A stretch of DNA of 64,000 nt from Promethearchaeota archaeon (lineage in GTDB: Archaea; Asgardarchaeota; Lokiarchaeia; Sigyniarchaeales; SOKP01), in NCBI GenBank assembly GCA_048938855.1, contig JBHLLT010000001.1:224124-288123 (forward strand), given 5' to 3'. The notes beneath the pieces are model-generated. The model saw only the letters and a list, made by a program, of their open reading frames with translations. It was not told the DNA's origin and ran no database searches. Shown piece after piece: positions 1 through 9,827 of the stretch. The position numbers were made by a program, and so were the translations under genes. Positions within the stretch are counted from its first letter, which is position 1. Each line of letters begins with the position of its first letter.

Positions 1-410
1 CTCAGGAGCAACTACTTCCTGTTCTATAACTTCTTCATCAACAGGAATTTCCTCAGGAGCAACTACTTCCTGTTCTATAACTTCTTCATCAACAGGAATT
101 TCCTCAGGAGCAACTACTTCCTGTTCTACAACTTCTTCATCAACAGGAATTTCCTCAGGAACAACTACTTCCTGTTCTATAACTTCTTCTTCAACAGGAA
201 TTTCCTCAGGAATAACTACTTCCTGTTCTACAATTTCTTCATCAACAAGAATTTCCTCAGGAATAACTACTTCCTGTTCTATAACTACTTCTTCAACAGG
301 AATTTCCTCAGGAACAACTACTTCCTCTATTATTTCTTCTTCAACAGGTATTTCCTCAGGAGCAACTACTTCCTCTATTATTTTTTCTTCAACAGTTATT
401 TCTTCAGGGA
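1..410 (-). repeat. 51-bp coding tandem repeat (17 aa, EEIPVDEEVIEQEVVAP), about 6 full copies plus 2 shorter 48-bp degenerate copies
   Basis: The unit ctcaggagcaactacttcctgttctataacttcttcatcaacaggaatttc recurs at 51-nt spacing from position 1. Confidence 0.95.
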
Positions 411-1395
411 TAGTAATTTCTTCTTTTTCCTGAAGTGGTATTATCTTTTTAGTGTCTTTAATTAAAACGGATATCTTTTTAACTGCTTTTTTCTTTTTCT
501 TTTTAGATATAAACACAGTAAAAAAAACAAATCCAATAATTAGGAAGAATATTAATATATAATTATTAACTATTTGAGCACGCTCGTTGTACGGTTCAAA
601 GGGAGTAAAGATGAATAACATTATTATTATCATTGCGAATCCAAGACTAAAACCTGTGTGAGACCATTTCAAAGGTTTCGTTTGGACTTTGAACTTTCGA
701 CTTAATAAGGGTAATAAAGGTTTTTCAACAACAGTGTTAAACAAGGGGATAATTGTACTTGGAATAATACTTGTCATTACTGTAGGTGCAAAATTAAAAT
801 AAAACGCATTCATAATAAACCAAAATGGAAATCCTATAATATTAATTAATAAGATTTGCCCCCTAGAGATTTGAGTGACATCATATATTAATAGTTTAGC
901 CAAATACATCATAAAAATTCCAATCACTAAAAATATAATGCTAAGCAAGACACCAATACCAATGTGTAATCCTGCTTGAAAAGCTTCAGTCCAATACCCA
1001 TAAAGTAACCCAGGAAACTGAGAAATGATCATTATACCTTCAACTATAAATACAGCTGGTGCCCACATTAATAAAGGTAATAAATATTGACTTTTTTTAA
1101 CCCAGATAATGAAAAAAACTATTGTTGCACAGGTCATATTCACAAAATTAGATCCGATTAACCACAAATAGGGATCAGTTAAAGGGTTCGGAATATTCGT
1201 ATAAAATTCAAAAGGATTTAAATATATAATATTACCTGTTCGGCCCATAATTAAATGTATTAAAACAAGACCAATTTGACTACAAAGAACTGTTAAAAGA
1301 TAAGCAAAGATCCAAGAACCTAAAATAGTCAATGTAGCTTTAGATACTATATTATTCTCATTATTAGACGATCTCTCACTCATATTATTACTCAT
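1..1395 (-). CDS. Multi-pass membrane protein with C-terminal acidic tandem repeats (3' end runs off the window; absent from the ORF track)
   Basis: Hand translation: open frame from ATG at 1395 (or 1383) to position 1 with no stop; several hydrophobic segments, then a KKKKKK patch, then repeats. Confidence 0.85.
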   Translation of the reverse strand, partial: MSNNMSERSSNNENNIVSKATLTILGSWIFAYLLTVLCSQIGLVLIHLIMGRTGNIIYLNPFEFYTNIPNPLTDPYLWLIGSNFVNMTCATIVFFIIWVKKSQYLLPLLMWAPAVFIVEGIMIISQFPGLLYGYWTEAFQAGLHIGIGVLLSIIFLVIGIFMMYLAKLLIYDVTQISRGQILLINIIGFPFWFIMNAFYFNFAPTVMTSIIPSTIIPLFNTVVEKPLLPLLSRKFKVQTKPLKWSHTGFSLGFAMIIIMLFIFTPFEPYNERAQIVNNYILIFFLIIGFVFFTVFISKKKKKKAVKKISVLIKDTKKIIPLQEKEEITIPEEITVEEKIIEEVVAPEEIPVEEEIIEEVVVPEEIPVEEVVIEQEVVIPEEILVDEEIVEQEVVIPEEIPVEEEVIEQEVVVPEEIPVDEEVVEQEVVAPEEIPVDEEVIEQEVVAPEEIPVDEEVIEQEVVAPE

Positions 1396-1577
1396 ATATC
1401 TCTTAAATTTATAATTTGAATTATGAATTCAATTTATTCGAATCATAATTGTATGTTATATTATTTATAGATATTGCTACTCTTATTAAGCGAATTAGAA
1501 AACTTAGGGGGTAAATTGGATATTTTACTAGTAAAATAGAGAATAGAGTAAAATTAATAATAGTTCATATTGATTTA

Positions 1578-2717
1578 TTAGATTAGAATTGGATCTTTTG
1601 GGTTGTAGGTTACTTGTTCAAATTTTTCTTTCCCAACTATGAGATCATCTTCTAGCCTTATTCCCCATTTTTCAATCCAATAGAGTCCAGGTTCGTTAGT
1701 ATATACCATATTTTCTTTAAGAATACTTGTTTCAGGAGCTTTCGAGCTTACTCGAGGACCAACACCATGAGCTTCGAAATCGAGTGCATGTCCTAATCCA
1801 TGAAAAAATAATTTTTCATGATCATACCCCTTTTCTGCAAGATATTCCCTGCATTTTATTGCCGGTATTCGACTTTGCGTACCGTCAGTATAATATTTGT
1901 TAGCAATTTGTTTTGATTCATAAAGTGCGGTATAAGCATTCATGAAATCTTCAGTAGGTTTACGCCCTACCCAGTAAGTCCATGTAATATCTGAACACAT
2001 CTCATAAATTTGCATTCCGGTATCAATTAATAGAGGTCCAGGCTTTATTTTTTCATCTGAGCTATTATGATGTGGATCAGCTGAATGTTTTCCTGTTGCT
2101 ACTATCGCTGGAAAAGAAGGTCTTCCAACTTTTGCATATTCATATTCTAAGTTAGCCATGAGTTCCCGTTCTGTCATGCCTATTTTTGTCATATCTGGAA
2201 TAGTTTCTAATAGTTCAATAGTAGCTTTACAGACATTTCGTAAATCTTTTAATTCTTCTGATGACTTAATGCTTCTAAGCTCCTTGATTATTGGAGCTGC
2301 TGATATAAAATCTGTATTTGGTGCCATCTTCTCTAACGCCAAATAAGTACCAACAGGGAGATGATCTGCAAACGATGTTGAATCTTCTTCAAAAATGTCT
2401 TCTCCGAAATCAAGAGCAATTTTAGGTTTGCTAAGAATTGGCTTTAAATTCTCAACAAATTCTTTAATAGAATTAAAGTGAATAATTTCAGCATCAACTC
2501 CTTTATTTATTAATGAATTTTTAATCATATTTGCCTCCATCTTGACGGGGAATACTTTATGATTTCCATCTGCTGCAATAAAAATTGCATGCAGAGCATG
2601 AGAACCAACTCCTAATAGATAACGTGAATGAATATCATTATTCTCATTGCAAACGATTAACCAACCATCTGCTTTTATATCTTGGAGTAATTTTTGAGCT
2701 CTTTCGAATTTATTCAT
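1578..2717 (-). CDS. Xaa-Pro peptidase, M24 family
   Basis: LRSIKS, DTG..CSDIT, HGLGH, TNEPGLY and GIRLEDD metal-binding motifs. Confidence 0.9.
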   Translation of the reverse strand: MNKFERAQKLLQDIKADGWLIVCNENNDIHSRYLLGVGSHALHAIFIAADGNHKVFPVKMEANMIKNSLINKGVDAEIIHFNSIKEFVENLKPILSKPKIALDFGEDIFEEDSTSFADHLPVGTYLALEKMAPNTDFISAAPIIKELRSIKSSEELKDLRNVCKATIELLETIPDMTKIGMTERELMANLEYEYAKVGRPSFPAIVATGKHSADPHHNSSDEKIKPGPLLIDTGMQIYEMCSDITWTYWVGRKPTEDFMNAYTALYESKQIANKYYTDGTQSRIPAIKCREYLAEKGYDHEKLFFHGLGHALDFEAHGVGPRVSSKAPETSILKENMVYTNEPGLYWIEKWGIRLEDDLIVGKEKFEQVTYNPKDPILI

Positions 2718-2899
2718 ATGTGAAATTATTGGATGATTTTTAATTAATTTTATTATAACAATTTTTTTGATCTGAATTATTTAATTTTGCATAATTGCAC
2801 AATTTTTTTTTAGAATTTTTAAGATGATACTCAGTATAAAAATATTTATTATATCGTAGTCCATTAATTATTAAGAATAAACAAAAATAATTAACTGAG

Positions 2900-3364
2900 T
2901 TGAGTTTTAATATGGCAGATGTAAAAAAGCTTCAGTTAAGTAACGGTACAGGAGTTGATTTTGATAAAAAAGCTCCGACTACTCTTTTTGAAGTTATAAT
3001 TAGTGAAATTTTAATTCCTAAATATAAAGAGAATGCTGATTGGAACTTAAGCTTAAATATTATACTCGAAGAGATGAATCGGCTGATAAAAAAATATGAT
3101 TTAAACCCTAAGTTAAAAATAGGTTTACTTAATGATGTTGAACAGCATTTAGATAAAGATATTGAAGAGTTAACCGGAGTTGATAAAATCGAGATACTGT
3201 TCTTAAATATGGATGATTATATTGAAGACATTAGAAAAATAATATTAGCCGGGAAGGATAAAGAGGAACTTCGAACGAGTATGGCCCAGGTAATAAGGCC
3301 CTTAACTCTCTTTGAATTATCAGAGCTTTTTATTTATTTAGGCAAACGTACTTTTTTAAAATAA
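2900..3364 (+). CDS. Hypothetical protein
   Basis: 154-aa ORF with protein-like composition; no recognised motif. Confidence 0.65.
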   Translation: MSFNMADVKKLQLSNGTGVDFDKKAPTTLFEVIISEILIPKYKENADWNLSLNIILEEMNRLIKKYDLNPKLKIGLLNDVEQHLDKDIEELTGVDKIEILFLNMDDYIEDIRKIILAGKDKEELRTSMAQVIRPLTLFELSELFIYLGKRTFLK

Positions 3365-3382
3365 TCATTCTTTTATCTTTTT

Positions 3383-3667
3383 TTGAAACCTTATCAATCC
3401 TATATTTGTAATCTCGTCTCAATTTTACTGAGTAATATATACAGATTAGCTTATCTTTTATTGTCCCAATTTGAAAATTTTTATCTTAGAGAATGTGCCA
3501 AGTCTCGTCCATTTTTGAGAGAGAGAGGTTTAAAATTTCTAGAAAAAAACGTAAATGACCCACAGAATCGGAAAATAACACTTATTTGGCCTGAAAAGTG
3601 TTTAAATTATTATAAATGTGTTGAAATATGCCCTGAAAACATAATTTCAATAAGATATCATTTTTAA
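3383..3667 (+). pseudogene. Degenerate 4Fe-4S ferredoxin-like remnant
   Basis: PEKCLNYYKCVEICPENII and ECAKSRP resemble CxxCxxCxxxCP motifs with several Cys lost; start is unclear. Confidence 0.4.
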
Positions 3668-3690
3668 AATAGGTTCAATTCTAATTTAGG

Positions 3691-4491
3691 TTAATCTAAT
3701 TTCGCTTCCTTTGCAGACTTATAAAGATAATCATAATAATATAGTGAAGCAGGCCCAAAAGCTACATGATCAGTCAAAACCCCAAAATATGACATTTTCT
3801 TAGGGAAGAAACTTTCCGATAGCATAATAAACGCATCTTCTCCTTCATCAATTATTATTGCACTTCCAAAGACTTGATCCCTCCATCGTATCTCACATAG
3901 TGAATCATATTTTTTTATTAATGCTCGGAATTTTTTATCCTCTAAAGCTTCAGCTTCTATAAGAAGTCTTAAATCAATTACACCTCTTGCTCTTGCTTTT
4001 TTTATATCATCATAAAAAACTTCCAGAAATTCATAATTAGTAGATACTAGATATATTGAAGTTTTTGCCAAATTTATTAAGGATAAAGATTTGTTGATGC
4101 ATACATCTCTTCCTCGATGAATATATAGCGATATTTTAATTGGAGTATCATGAGATTGATAAATAGGTGTTAAGGTATTAATAATTCTATTTGAGTGTTC
4201 ATTAAAACTGTCACTATATTGTTTCTTCGCGATAACCAATGCCTCATCAGGACTTTTCGCAAAATATCGACTAGGTCTCGATTCTTCTTCCTTAATAATC
4301 CACATCTTCTCTTTTTCTAATTGAGTTAAAATATTATATATTCTCGAATATGGAACACCAGAAGCATCAGAAAGTTCTCTAGCATCCATAGGTCCTTTAC
4401 TTATTAAAGTAAGGTATATCGAAATCTCATAATCGGTAAGTCCTATTGATCTCAATGATTCTTTTACATTATCTGGGATTTCATTTGACAA
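3691..4491 (-). CDS. TrmB-family transcriptional regulator
   Basis: LRSIGLTDYEISIYLTL...ELSDASGVPYSRIYNILTQL winged HTH plus C-terminal effector domain. Confidence 0.9.
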   Translation of the reverse strand: MSNEIPDNVKESLRSIGLTDYEISIYLTLISKGPMDARELSDASGVPYSRIYNILTQLEKEKMWIIKEEESRPSRYFAKSPDEALVIAKKQYSDSFNEHSNRIINTLTPIYQSHDTPIKISLYIHRGRDVCINKSLSLINLAKTSIYLVSTNYEFLEVFYDDIKKARARGVIDLRLLIEAEALEDKKFRALIKKYDSLCEIRWRDQVFGSAIIIDEGEDAFIMLSESFFPKKMSYFGVLTDHVAFGPASLYYYDYLYKSAKEAKLD

Positions 4492-4673
4492 TTTTTTATC
4501 CCTGTAACATTTTTATAATGATTTGAAAGAAGTTCTATATAAAATAATAATATTATAGATAGTATTAATATTATTTCTCTTAAAAATTATAAATAGTCGA
4601 AATTACAGATTAAGAAAAAATAGGTGTAGTTTATTCTGGAATACTTTAAATTGTCAATATATTATTATTTGAA

Positions 4674-5231
4674 TTAGACAAAGACAAATGCGAAGGATGC
4701 AATAATATTGATAATCCCTGTGAAAAAATATAGAAATCTCCAATATACTCCGAATAGTGTAAATAGCATAAACGAGATTAGTGCCCAAATCAACCCACAT
4801 ATAGGAAAAACTAAGTTATATCTGGTGTTTTGATACTTATTCCTCACTATATTAGAAATATATCGACCAAGCATAGGAAGTATAAAAGCAATTACAATGC
4901 TACTAACCATAAAAACAAGCAATATAACTTCCCATGTTATAATAAAACTCGCAAAAATACAACAAAAACCAATTAATAGTATCCCTATAATAATAAATTT
5001 TTCATTAAGTATTTTCTCAATCCATCTCATTGAGGTAATCAAGATAATCGCAAATAGAATAAAACACAGAGACATTAATATCGAAAATGAATTTGTATCA
5101 AAATATATAGACCATTGACTCTCAATAACTTGAACATTTAAGAAATAAAGAAGATTATATACAAGTCCAGAAAAAACACTAGTAATAATTGCGAAGGGTA
5201 TAAAAAATTTAAAAATTGATAGTTTTTGCAT
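4674..5231 (-). CDS. Membrane protein, half-MFS-like (about 6 TM)
   Basis: Hydrophobic helices; WRFLYFFTG resembles the MFS helix 6 motif. Confidence 0.55.
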   Translation of the reverse strand: MQKLSIFKFFIPFAIITSVFSGLVYNLLYFLNVQVIESQWSIYFDTNSFSILMSLCFILFAIILITSMRWIEKILNEKFIIIGILLIGFCCIFASFIITWEVILLVFMVSSIVIAFILPMLGRYISNIVRNKYQNTRYNLVFPICGLIWALISFMLFTLFGVYWRFLYFFTGIINIIASFAFVFV

Positions 5232-5405
5232 AATTAATCATTTTAATATAAACTCCTTAAAAAGTTTTTTTTTAAAAAAAAAATAAATCGTAATAATTAG
5301 TTTAGATTATAAGAAATCATCAAAAACAAACACACTTCAATAAATGAATTTATTGTCTTTTAAGTGGAAATATTTAATAATATTATACAATTCAAAATAT
5401 TTATT

Positions 5406-7472
5406 ATGCTACATAAATCTAAAATAAACTTATCATTAATTCTATTAATCATTGGATTAGGACTTATTCCTACAGGATTTTTCGTTAAAGAATATCTTAG
5501 AGATAATGCTGATTCTCAAGTAGCACCTTTTTTAATTGATTTAGAAGATAAAGTCGATGATTATATTTTAGCTAATTATCTTGGCTTAGGAATTTATAAT
5601 GTTCTTCCAGCAATACATGATCAGCATATTACAGAAATCCGACAAAATTTTGCTTTGGTTTTTGGAATACCTTCAACATTATTATATCTTAAAAATATAA
5701 CTCTTGAAAAGTTACCAGGGTTTATTAACGCATCTAGAGCTGCATCAGCAATTGTTAATACAATTACAACTATTCGAACCGATAATGTAACAACAGTACC
5801 TACATCTGAAATTGCTCGGGACTTATTCTTCAACAATTACACCTTTCAAGATGATTTTCACACTTCTATAGAAGGCGTTTCAGAGCGTATGTTGGGTGGA
5901 ACAGAAAGTCTTAATTATTCTGCTCTTGCTGCGGATTATTTACTTAATGGAAGAGATTATATGGGCACTTCATATCCAGGAATACGAGAAGATCTTACAT
6001 ACGGAACATCTCAATTAGAATGGCTCGAATTTTATTATAGCGCTGAAGCAGATATAGGAACGAATAGATCATTAATGGAAACTGTTTACGATTGCAATTG
6101 GTCATCTGGTCAACTCCAAAACCTTTCAGCTTATATTACAACATATCTATGGGACGTTATCGTAAAAAATGATTACACTCCATCTGATATTGAAACCTAT
6201 TCTGAAGAAGTTTTTTATGATCAATGGGCTAATGGTACTTGGGTATCAACTGGATTCAATCTGATGTATTTTAGTGAATATATTACATCTAGTATAACAG
6301 GTTTAGAAGTAGGAAGGACTACTCCAACAAACATTAATTACACTTCAGCCATTAATCTTTGGGATCCGTCGAATAGTTCATCATTTGTAAATGATAAGGG
6401 AATAATAAAGTGGTTCGCGGCACGTAATGGCAATACCACAATTGCAAATGAACTTAAAACTGCTTTCAAATTAAAGAGCACATCTATGACTAGATTATAT
6501 ACTTGGTTATTTACTGTTGTGAGAGGTAGCCTAGTTGGCCTAATCTATCCCCTCCCTGCTCCAATAGGAATCGGAATGTCAATAGCGGAATATTCAGATA
6601 TTTTATATGCAGAACAATGGGCTAATGGTACATATATACCTCAAGGTATTGATCTAATAGGAACAACTGTCCTAATATTTGAAATTGGAGTTCCTATAAA
6701 ATCAAACATCTCATTAGAATCAGCAGTTGCCCTCCTCGATCCAACAAATACTTCATCCTTTATCGATCGTGATGGAATTATAAAATGGATTGATGCGTAT
6801 GAAGGTGATACCACTGCTCAAACTGAACTAATGACAATCTTTAAACTTGATTTGGATCAACTGACTTTGATAAATAACTGGCTATTTAACACAATTAGAT
6901 ATGCGCTTGTTCCAGCACTTGCTTATCGTTATACAACTGTTAGAATGGTAACATATGCACGATTTGAGTTTTATCGTCAGTGGGCAAATGGAGCACTCTA
7001 CGAAGATGGATTAGATATTGGTGCTTTTGAAGGATTAGCTTCTATTAACGGATGGGAAATAGGAATTCCTACAGCAACCAATATAGATGAATTTACTGGA
7101 TACATGTTATGGGACCAAACTGAAGATTATTCAATAGTTAATTGGAAAGGGTTATCACTTTGGTTTAAGGCAATAAGTGATCAACAGACACGCGATTATT
7201 TACAAGAATACTATGATACTACAACGGATTTAATAAGTGGAGTCTATTATGATATAAACTTAAGTGTTTCTCAAGTTGATGAAATTTTAAACTGGATAGT
7301 TTATATACGAGATAATTTTGTATTATACAACATAGAAAACGTTGCAAATCTTCCAATAGATATTCTTACGCTAGGTAACAATATCTTTTTCATGTTTACA
7401 ATCGCAGGAGGAGTCATTGGGGCAATTGGTGCTCTTGGCATAGTTGTACTATTAATAACGAAACGAAAATGA
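5406..7472 (+). CDS. Large extracellular protein with TM helices at both termini and internal QWANG repeats
   Basis: Likely ATG at 5406 (ORF open from 5364); N- and C-terminal hydrophobic helices; three repeats of 121-131 aa. Confidence 0.8.
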   Translation: MLHKSKINLSLILLIIGLGLIPTGFFVKEYLRDNADSQVAPFLIDLEDKVDDYILANYLGLGIYNVLPAIHDQHITEIRQNFALVFGIPSTLLYLKNITLEKLPGFINASRAASAIVNTITTIRTDNVTTVPTSEIARDLFFNNYTFQDDFHTSIEGVSERMLGGTESLNYSALAADYLLNGRDYMGTSYPGIREDLTYGTSQLEWLEFYYSAEADIGTNRSLMETVYDCNWSSGQLQNLSAYITTYLWDVIVKNDYTPSDIETYSEEVFYDQWANGTWVSTGFNLMYFSEYITSSITGLEVGRTTPTNINYTSAINLWDPSNSSSFVNDKGIIKWFAARNGNTTIANELKTAFKLKSTSMTRLYTWLFTVVRGSLVGLIYPLPAPIGIGMSIAEYSDILYAEQWANGTYIPQGIDLIGTTVLIFEIGVPIKSNISLESAVALLDPTNTSSFIDRDGIIKWIDAYEGDTTAQTELMTIFKLDLDQLTLINNWLFNTIRYALVPALAYRYTTVRMVTYARFEFYRQWANGALYEDGLDIGAFEGLASINGWEIGIPTATNIDEFTGYMLWDQTEDYSIVNWKGLSLWFKAISDQQTRDYLQEYYDTTTDLISGVYYDINLSVSQVDEILNWIVYIRDNFVLYNIENVANLPIDILTLGNNIFFMFTIAGGVIGAIGALGIVVLLITKRK

Positions 7473-7476
7473 TGGA

Positions 7477-7500
7477 ATTTTTTTTTTTGCTTCTTTTTTT
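7477..7500 (+). terminator. Oligo-T archaeal terminator
   Basis: Long T runs immediately after the stop codon at 7472. Confidence 0.5.
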
Positions 7501-7807
7501 ATTTACTTTTAGAACAAATTACAATCTTACATAATTTAAACTATCCAGGAACTCTATTATCATTATTTAAAATAACAATTTTAAATTGGTGAAAAAAGAC
7601 ATATATAGTATAATTATTAATAGATTGATATATCGACTTAAAGTTTTATTGACATAGGATTGTAATTTTATAAACAAAATTTTGCAAAAAAAGAATAAAA
7701 TTGAAGTTTTAAATAAATAAAATTTGATAAATGATTAATCATATTTATTAATTAAAATAAATTATGTATAAAAAAGAATAAAAGATATAATTTGTGATTT
7801 AGGTATT

Positions 7808-8227
7808 ATGGATATTGTAGACCTTAAAATTTTGGAATTACTTAAAGATGACAGTAGGATGTCTTTCAATGATATTTCTCAGAATGTTGGAAAAACTGAA
7901 GCTACTGTAAGAAGAAGAGTTAAAAAATTGAAAGATGAAGGAATTATTAAGAAATTTACCATTGAGTATCGTATTGATAATAAACCCCGTACCAGGGCAA
8001 CTGTCAAAGTAGAACCAGATTTCAAAGAAATTAAAAGAATAGTAAAAGAGTTATTGGAAATTGAAGAAATAACAAATATTTGGAGACTTTCTGGAGATTG
8101 TGGCCTGTTTATGAGAGTAGAAATTGAATCAATTGAAAAATTTAATCCTTTGATTGAAGAAAAGATTTCTCAAATTAAAGGCGTTAAAATTGTGGAGACA
8201 TGTTTTATTACTGATGTTATAAAATAG
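7808..8227 (+). CDS. Lrp/AsnC-family regulator
   Basis: MDIVDLKILELLKDDSRMSFNDISQNVGKTEATVRRRVKKL HTH plus RAM domain. Confidence 0.92.
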   Translation: MDIVDLKILELLKDDSRMSFNDISQNVGKTEATVRRRVKKLKDEGIIKKFTIEYRIDNKPRTRATVKVEPDFKEIKRIVKELLEIEEITNIWRLSGDCGLFMRVEIESIEKFNPLIEEKISQIKGVKIVETCFITDVIK

Positions 8228-8304
8228 GGATTTCAATATTTCTGTTAAAATCATTAGATTAATGGTTATATTACAGTTAACTATAGAGGAATTCGTTAAC
8301 TAAT

Positions 8305-9678
8305 TTACTTTTCTAAAAGTTTATCAATGATTTCAATCCTTTTTTTCGTTTTCTTTAAATCTCCCTGGAGTTTCTTTGATCTTTTTTCATATTCACTATT
8401 ATTAATTTTTCCAGAAGAATGCTTTTTATCAATAAAGTTCATGAGATCTTGAACAGAAGTTAGTTTTGTTTCTAAACCTTGTTTTTCATCTCTTAATTCT
8501 TTTTTTGATTTACCTTTTGTTTTAAGCTTAGGTGCTGGTTCTAAAATTTCTTCTGATTCAAGATCATCTCTTATTAAACTGTCTGGTTTAGGAGGTAATG
8601 CAGTTAATGTAGGATCTTCTTCAGGAAATATTTCATCACTTATCTTTTTATCAATTTTTGGAGATTTTAATTCAATTGGTGTAGGAAGAACAGGAGTTAT
8701 AGAATCCTGCGTAAGTTCTGAGTCTTCAATTTCGAAAATTTCATCTTCAGACTTAATTGCTTTTTCAATTAATTTATTTATAGTAGTTTGAATTGTATTA
8801 ATTTGGTTTTGAAAGATTTTTAATAGTTCAACCAACTCACTTTTTTTCGTGATTTTCATAGAGAAATCAATATTTATTGTCTGCTTTTTTGGAGATTCAT
8901 GAGAACGTGATAATTCAGATTCTTCTGATATTTTTTGCGAAGTAATAGTTGATTGAGGAATTGGCACAGGTACATCTAAATTGGCTCTTATTTCAATTCG
9001 ATAATCAGAAATGAGCCATTTAAAGACATTTAAAGCTAATTGGGGATTATCATTACATTGAAATCCTCCTCCTACTTTATCCCTAAATAACTCATAACTT
9101 CCAATACAACAAACTCTTCCTTTTTCTGGCTCAGAAACACATATAAGTGGACAAGAAAAGGGTTCAGAAGTTTCATTTGAATCTGCTATTGAAAATGCAC
9201 CACTTCCAATAATCGAAAGTGATGATCCTGATCGGTAACATAGGGTACTTATATCACTAGTAACTGGATGAGGTATATTGAATACAGAAATTAAAGGAAT
9301 ATTTTCTAATCCCAAATTAATTCTATTGTCTAAAACTTGATCATTTTCAAATGCAATACCAAATTGTTCTGAAATCTCAGATAAATTACTCCCCCGACCT
9401 TTATCTCCTCCTGCATGTGATAGTAATAACAACCCGCCCCCAGAATTTTTCACCCAATTTACAATTGCTGTAATTTCCATGGATGAAAGTCTAGCAAAAT
9501 CAGGGCAGACAAAAACAAGTATATCATAGGGTGTTAAAGAATCTTCAGTAATGGGTACCTCTAAAAAATTATAACAAATGAAATCATTTGAATTTAGATA
9601 ATCTCGAAGTTCAGTAAGATTTTCATCAATTCTTCCTCTTGGTTTATGAGATATATCAAAAGCTATATGATATGGCAT
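8305..9678 (-). CDS. GIFT (GldG/IFT52-like) domain protein with Pro/acidic linker and C-terminal coiled coil
   Basis: AFDISH...YDILVFVCP...WVKNSGGGLLLLSHAGGD...NLSEISEQFGIAFENDQV...GRVCCIGS..LF..DN..LALNVFKWL. Confidence 0.7.
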   Translation of the reverse strand: MPYHIAFDISHKPRGRIDENLTELRDYLNSNDFICYNFLEVPITEDSLTPYDILVFVCPDFARLSSMEITAIVNWVKNSGGGLLLLSHAGGDKGRGSNLSEISEQFGIAFENDQVLDNRINLGLENIPLISVFNIPHPVTSDISTLCYRSGSSLSIIGSGAFSIADSNETSEPFSCPLICVSEPEKGRVCCIGSYELFRDKVGGGFQCNDNPQLALNVFKWLISDYRIEIRANLDVPVPIPQSTITSQKISEESELSRSHESPKKQTINIDFSMKITKKSELVELLKIFQNQINTIQTTINKLIEKAIKSEDEIFEIEDSELTQDSITPVLPTPIELKSPKIDKKISDEIFPEEDPTLTALPPKPDSLIRDDLESEEILEPAPKLKTKGKSKKELRDEKQGLETKLTSVQDLMNFIDKKHSSGKINNSEYEKRSKKLQGDLKKTKKRIEIIDKLLEK

Positions 9679-9827
9679 TTTTAATCATTATTTTTTTTTT
9701 TATCTTCTCATTTTCTTGTTATTATTATTTAGTATTTTAACCTTTCTAAAATTAATATTTAATTATAATAAATAGAAGTTATCAACCACAATTTCCAAGT
9801 TCTAAGAAATAATATAAGTACAAATTT

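Noticed and set aside
1-410. Possible CRISPR array
   Set aside because: Contiguous 51-bp in-frame units with no unique spacers; this is a coding repeat
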